Source of the DNA: Eledone cirrhosa
Lineage: Eukaryota
Length of the DNA stretch: 64,000 nt
Assembly: GCA_964016885.1 (NCBI GenBank)
Contig: OZ024742.1
Location: forward strand, 254,572,001-254,636,000
Reading direction: 5' to 3'
The translations under genes and the position numbers were made by a program. Position 1 is the stretch's first letter; every line of letters begins with the position of its first letter. The notes below the pieces were generated by a model. The model worked only from the letters and a program-made list of their open reading frames with translations. It did not search any database and was not told where the DNA came from. Positions 61,101 through 64,000 of this stretch are shown here, piece by piece.

Positions 61101-63035
61101 AACTCATCTACCACTAAATTTAGGATGTCAACCGAATCTTGTCCTAGCCCGTCAGCATTCATCTCCTCAGTGGCCGTATCTCTGTTCCAGGTATTATTTA
61201 TCTCAGTATTCAGATCATTGTCTGCTTCGGGTGGTTCCTCCGTTCTCAGGACCTCCTCACCTTCATTTCCCGCCGGCTCGCTTGTCTGGCATACTACACC
61301 CGCCATCTCCAAGCCATTCTCTCTGCTCAGTTCCTCCAGTTCCAGCTCGCTTATCCACCCATTAGTTCTTATTACCCGAGCCTGCCCGGCCAATTTTTGT
61401 TCATCTAATTTAAATAAACCAATCTCGTTCCAGATGTTATGCATCCGTCTCCTGTAGCCCCTCTCCTTGGGGTTACTTTTCAGGTAGCATTGCATAACAG
61501 TTCTATTCAATTCTTTCGTCCAGTTGGTTCTGGCCCCTTTCCTTCTTCTTCTTCCTCCAACATCAGCAGTATTTGGTTGACAGTCAGGTTCCTGCTGCTG
61601 AGCCAGGGGGCACCTGTTGGGTGAGAGTCTGTCACATGACGTTCTAGTCTCCATTTCACCGTTATTCGAACTGTTTATGTTCGATATTTAAACACTCTTA
61701 TCGAGGATTGGCGAATGTATGTTTACATAGCCATCTGTGGATCCGCCATCCCACTTGGCCCTTGTGTGGCATTATCACCACGCTGTATACGGACACACAT
61801 AAACAAACAAACAAACGGGCAGAAAGGGCCCCAAAAATGAATAAGCATAAGTTTCATTGTAATGTAGTATTCGAATGTCTGACTTAGTTTTTGTTTTTTA
61901 AGTTTTACTTTTTCCTCCCTCTTCTCTGTCCGTCCGCCTGCTTCTCTCTTCATTCTTATTTTCTTTACGTTTTTGGGGTTTCTTTTTTTGTTTTTGTTTT
62001 TCTCTGTTTTTCTCGTTTTTTACTGTTGTTGCTGTGCTGCTTTTGTTGTTTGTTTTTTCTTTTTTCTTTTGAGTCTATCTATATATTTTGATGCCTTCCT
62101 CTTTGTTAGTAGTAGGAATTCTATAATGTGGAAGTGGTAGCCAGCAGAGACTGGCGGCGTTGGCGATACTGAGACAGTGGTGGTGGTGATGTCGATACCG
62201 AGGCAGTGGTGGCGGTGATGCGACCGTATTACTGTAGTGATGGTGCTGTAGCGGTGGCAGCAGCAGTGAAGGAGTCAGGGGGTGGTGGCGGCGGTGATGG
62301 GATAGTGGTGGTAATGATGGCCGTAGTGAGCGGTGGCGGTGAAGGTGAAAATGCTGTTGTGTTTAGTGTACACAGATGATGGGGTGGGTGGTGTATCTAG
62401 TTTCTGGTGTTGGTGAGTTTCGCTGTCCTATATAGTGTAGCCAGAGGAGAGGAGGGGGGGGGGGGGTTCTTCTTCTTCCATTTATAGCCATTTTATTTTT
62501 TTTTGGATATACAGTGTACAATACAAAGTTGAATATTTGAATATTTGAGCCGTATTACTGTAGTGATGGTGCTGTAGCGGTGGCAGCAGCAGTGAAGGAG
62601 TCAAGGGGTGGTGGCGGCGGTGATGGGATAGTGGTGGTAATGATGGCCGTAGTGAGCGGTGGCGGTGAAGATGAAAATGCTGTTGTGTTTAGTGTACACA
62701 GATGATGGGGTGGGTGGTGTATCTAGTTTCTGGTGTTGGTGAGTTTCGCTGTCCTATATAGTGTAGCCAGAGGAGAGGAGGGGGGGGGGGTCTTCTTCTT
62801 CCATTTATAGCCATTTTTTTTTGGATATACAGTGTACAATACAAAGTTGAATATTTGAATATTTGAGCCTTATAACAATATATTTTGGGTCCGAATTTTT
62901 TTGGGGCTCAAGCCGGGTGCTTTACGTAGCATTTGTACTAAGAGTTGTTATTTCACAAATGATTTAAATATGTTAAAAATTCAAAACTTACGGGAGCGAT
63001 TTCATGACCTCCGTCACCTCGTGCGTCTTCTTCCC
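58172..63035 (-). mobile_element. Full-length Dong/R4 copy A2 with a ~320-bp tandem duplication in its 5' UTR
   Basis: Same termini as A1, (TAA)n flanks, and duplicated units at 62224-62551 and 62550-62869. Confidence 0.96.
58262..61654 (-). CDS. R4-clade RT/RLE polyprotein (1130 aa); RLE PD motif reads PE
   Basis: Same motif set as 36275-39667, except HNRPELVV and GPDVVQG. Confidence 0.95.
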   Translation of the reverse strand: METRTSCDRLSPNRCPLAQQQEPDCQPNTADVGGRRRRKGARTNWTKELNRTVMQCYLKSNPKERGYRRRMHNIWNEIGLFKLDEQKLAGQARVIRTNGWISELELEELSRENGLEMAGVVCQTSEPAGNEGEEVLRTEEPPEADNDLNTEINNTWNRDTATEEMNADGLGQDSVDILNLVVDELNNDSGRPMNLRFVDRKKLKETTAKVNKVIPYLEARSLHQCNNILKATANTVRKLLGIKARGNNRQERAEPWWKKRLSGQIGEMRNDIGKLESLLNGTLKNIGTKNRLEIKYKTRSKKLNIIIEELKQRIVAKSAKIRRYENRVSQYKQNRMFDNNQKMLFGQLEGKERGNDLIPGAEQAKTFWRGIWEQDVRHNAQAGWIETVQREIGEQAQQQTDLSITVETLKGQAKKLTNWKSPGPDVVQGYWIKHLTSLHPKLTAMFNDCLVSGEVPEWLTKGTTVLIMKDRIKGNDVTNYRPITCLPVMWKLLTSIVSEEIYHHLHTNNLLPDEQKGCRKKSRGTKDQLLIDKMVMGNCRRRHTDLAMGWIDYRKAFDMVPHSWITKSLEIFRVADNIRQLLGRSMGSWETELASTGVSLGSVKIKRGIFQGDSLSPLLFVLALMPLTIMLRKVRAGYKLGRGELTINHLLFMDDLKLFGKSEKELDVLVDTVRIFSSDICMQFGIGKCGVIVMRRGRLSRSNGIQIPTGEMIKEIDSEEGYKYLGVLEADGIKNKKMKELLRTEYIRRVRSVLKSHLNSRNAISAVNSRAVSIIRYSAGILRWNVAEQKEMDRKTRKLLTIYNMFHKRSDVDRLYLRRSEGGRGLISIEDCVQMEKNNLYKYVTYSKEPMLRAVLKEGTVGQGIPKEEITSRRKSSLKGKSLHSTFFEKTEFRDPQTWNWLRRGDLKKATEGMLMAAQEQALKTKWLKHHIYKEEASPLCRICGEREETVAHIVSECKHLAQTHYKGWRHDVMGRVIHWHLCKVNNLPHSEKWYEHRPEAVMENSQVKVLWDFRIQTDKKLEHNRPELVVVDKEKRSCLIVDVACPFDTRVQEKEREKINRYQDLKWEVKRIWNCHEVKVIPIVIGALGTISKGFQGWLKKIGPFTLFGTLQKACLLGTARTLRYVLNI

Positions 63036-63054
63036 TTATTATTATTATTATTAT

Positions 63055-64000
63055 TATTGTTATTGTTATTCCTTGAATCTCAGTCATTGATGTTGGTTAA
63101 CTGGAAAGTCCGTTGGATTGAATATCAAGCCACTACCTGCAGCCTCAGATATTCAGGACGTATCGGAGGGTTCTTGCCGTTCCAAGCAAGCATGCCTTTT
63201 GAAGCGTTCCAAAAAGCGTGAAGGGGCCGATTTTCTTTAACCATCCCTGGAAACCTTTGGAGATAGTCCCCAGTGCGCCTATGACAATCGGGATCACTTT
63301 GACTTCATGGCAGTTCCAAATCCTTTTCACCTCCCACTTTAGGTCCTGGTATCGGTTAATTTTCTCCCTCTCCTTCTCTTGCACTCTCGTGTCGAACGGG
63401 CAGGCCACATCCACAATCAGGCACGATCTTTTTTCTTTGTCCACAACCACCAGGTCAGGTCTATTGTGTTCCAGTTTTTTGTCCGTCTGTATCCTAAAAT
63501 CCCACAGCACCTTCACCTGACTGTTCTCCATCACCGCCTCTGGCCTATGCTCATACCATTTCTCAGAATGTGGTAGATTGTTTACTTTGCACAGGTGCCA
63601 GTGGATCACCCTGCCCATCACATCGTGTCTCCAGCCCTTATAGTGGGTCTGGGCTAGGTGTTTACACTCGGACACAATGTGAGCCACAGTCTCCTCTCTC
63701 TCTCCACAGATCCTGCACAGTGGGCTAGCCTCCTCCTTGTAGATATGGTGCTTCAACCACTTCGTTTTGAGGGCCTGCTCCTGCGCAGCCATTAGCATTC
63801 CTTCTGTAGCCTTTTTGAGGTCTCCTCTTCTCAACCAGTTCCATGTCTGTGGATCTCTAAATTCAGTTTTCTCAAAGAAGGTACTATGAAGGGATTTTCC
63901 CTTAAGGCTGCTCTTCCTCCTTGATGTTATTTCCTCCTTGGGTATCCCCTGGCCTACTCTCCCCTCCTTCAGTACAGCTCTGAGCATTGGCTCCTTACTA
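63055..64000 (-). mobile_element. 3' part of a further young Dong/R4 A copy running off the window
   Basis: ORF 63145-63987 with intact CCHC and RPD RLE motifs. Its tail abuts the 5' end of A2. Confidence 0.95.

Noticed and set aside
36348-63576. Recurrent plus-strand ORFs (MKGPIFF..., MVTSLPL..., MTLFTLA...)
   Set aside because: They are antisense shadows of the R4 ORF, repeated only because the element is repeated.

Overview
Eukaryotic, AT- and microsatellite-rich DNA made almost entirely of transposable elements. The SINE types and repeat content suggest an octopus or other cephalopod (inference). No host protein-coding gene could be supported. The first ~34 kb is a mosaic of decayed RTE LINEs, tRNA-derived Meta-domain SINEs, Penelope-like remnants with many fold-back or inverted repeats, a Tx1/L1 fragment, a Helitron-like end, a Tc1/mariner-type MITE and two R4-clade (RLE endonuclease) retrotransposons set in (CATA)n tracts. 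From ~34.8 kb to the end is a ~29 kb head-to-tail array of Dong/R4-clade non-LTR retrotransposons, all on the minus strand and mostly joined by (TAA)n tracts. Two copies have uninterrupted 1130-aa ORFs. Tx1-like LINE pieces and SINEs occupy the same tracts in the opposite orientation. Main leads: (1) a polarity-partitioned microsatellite niche shared by R4, Tx1 and a SINE; (2) the SINE shares its 3' tail with Tx1 and its TSDs start with ATTA(TT); (3) a cluster of A-to-G changes on the element's sense strand, consistent with ADAR hyper-editing fixed into DNA by retrotransposition; (4) possible capture of a Tx1 promoter and ORF1 start as the R4 5' UTR; (5) an in-frame chimeric R4 ORF.
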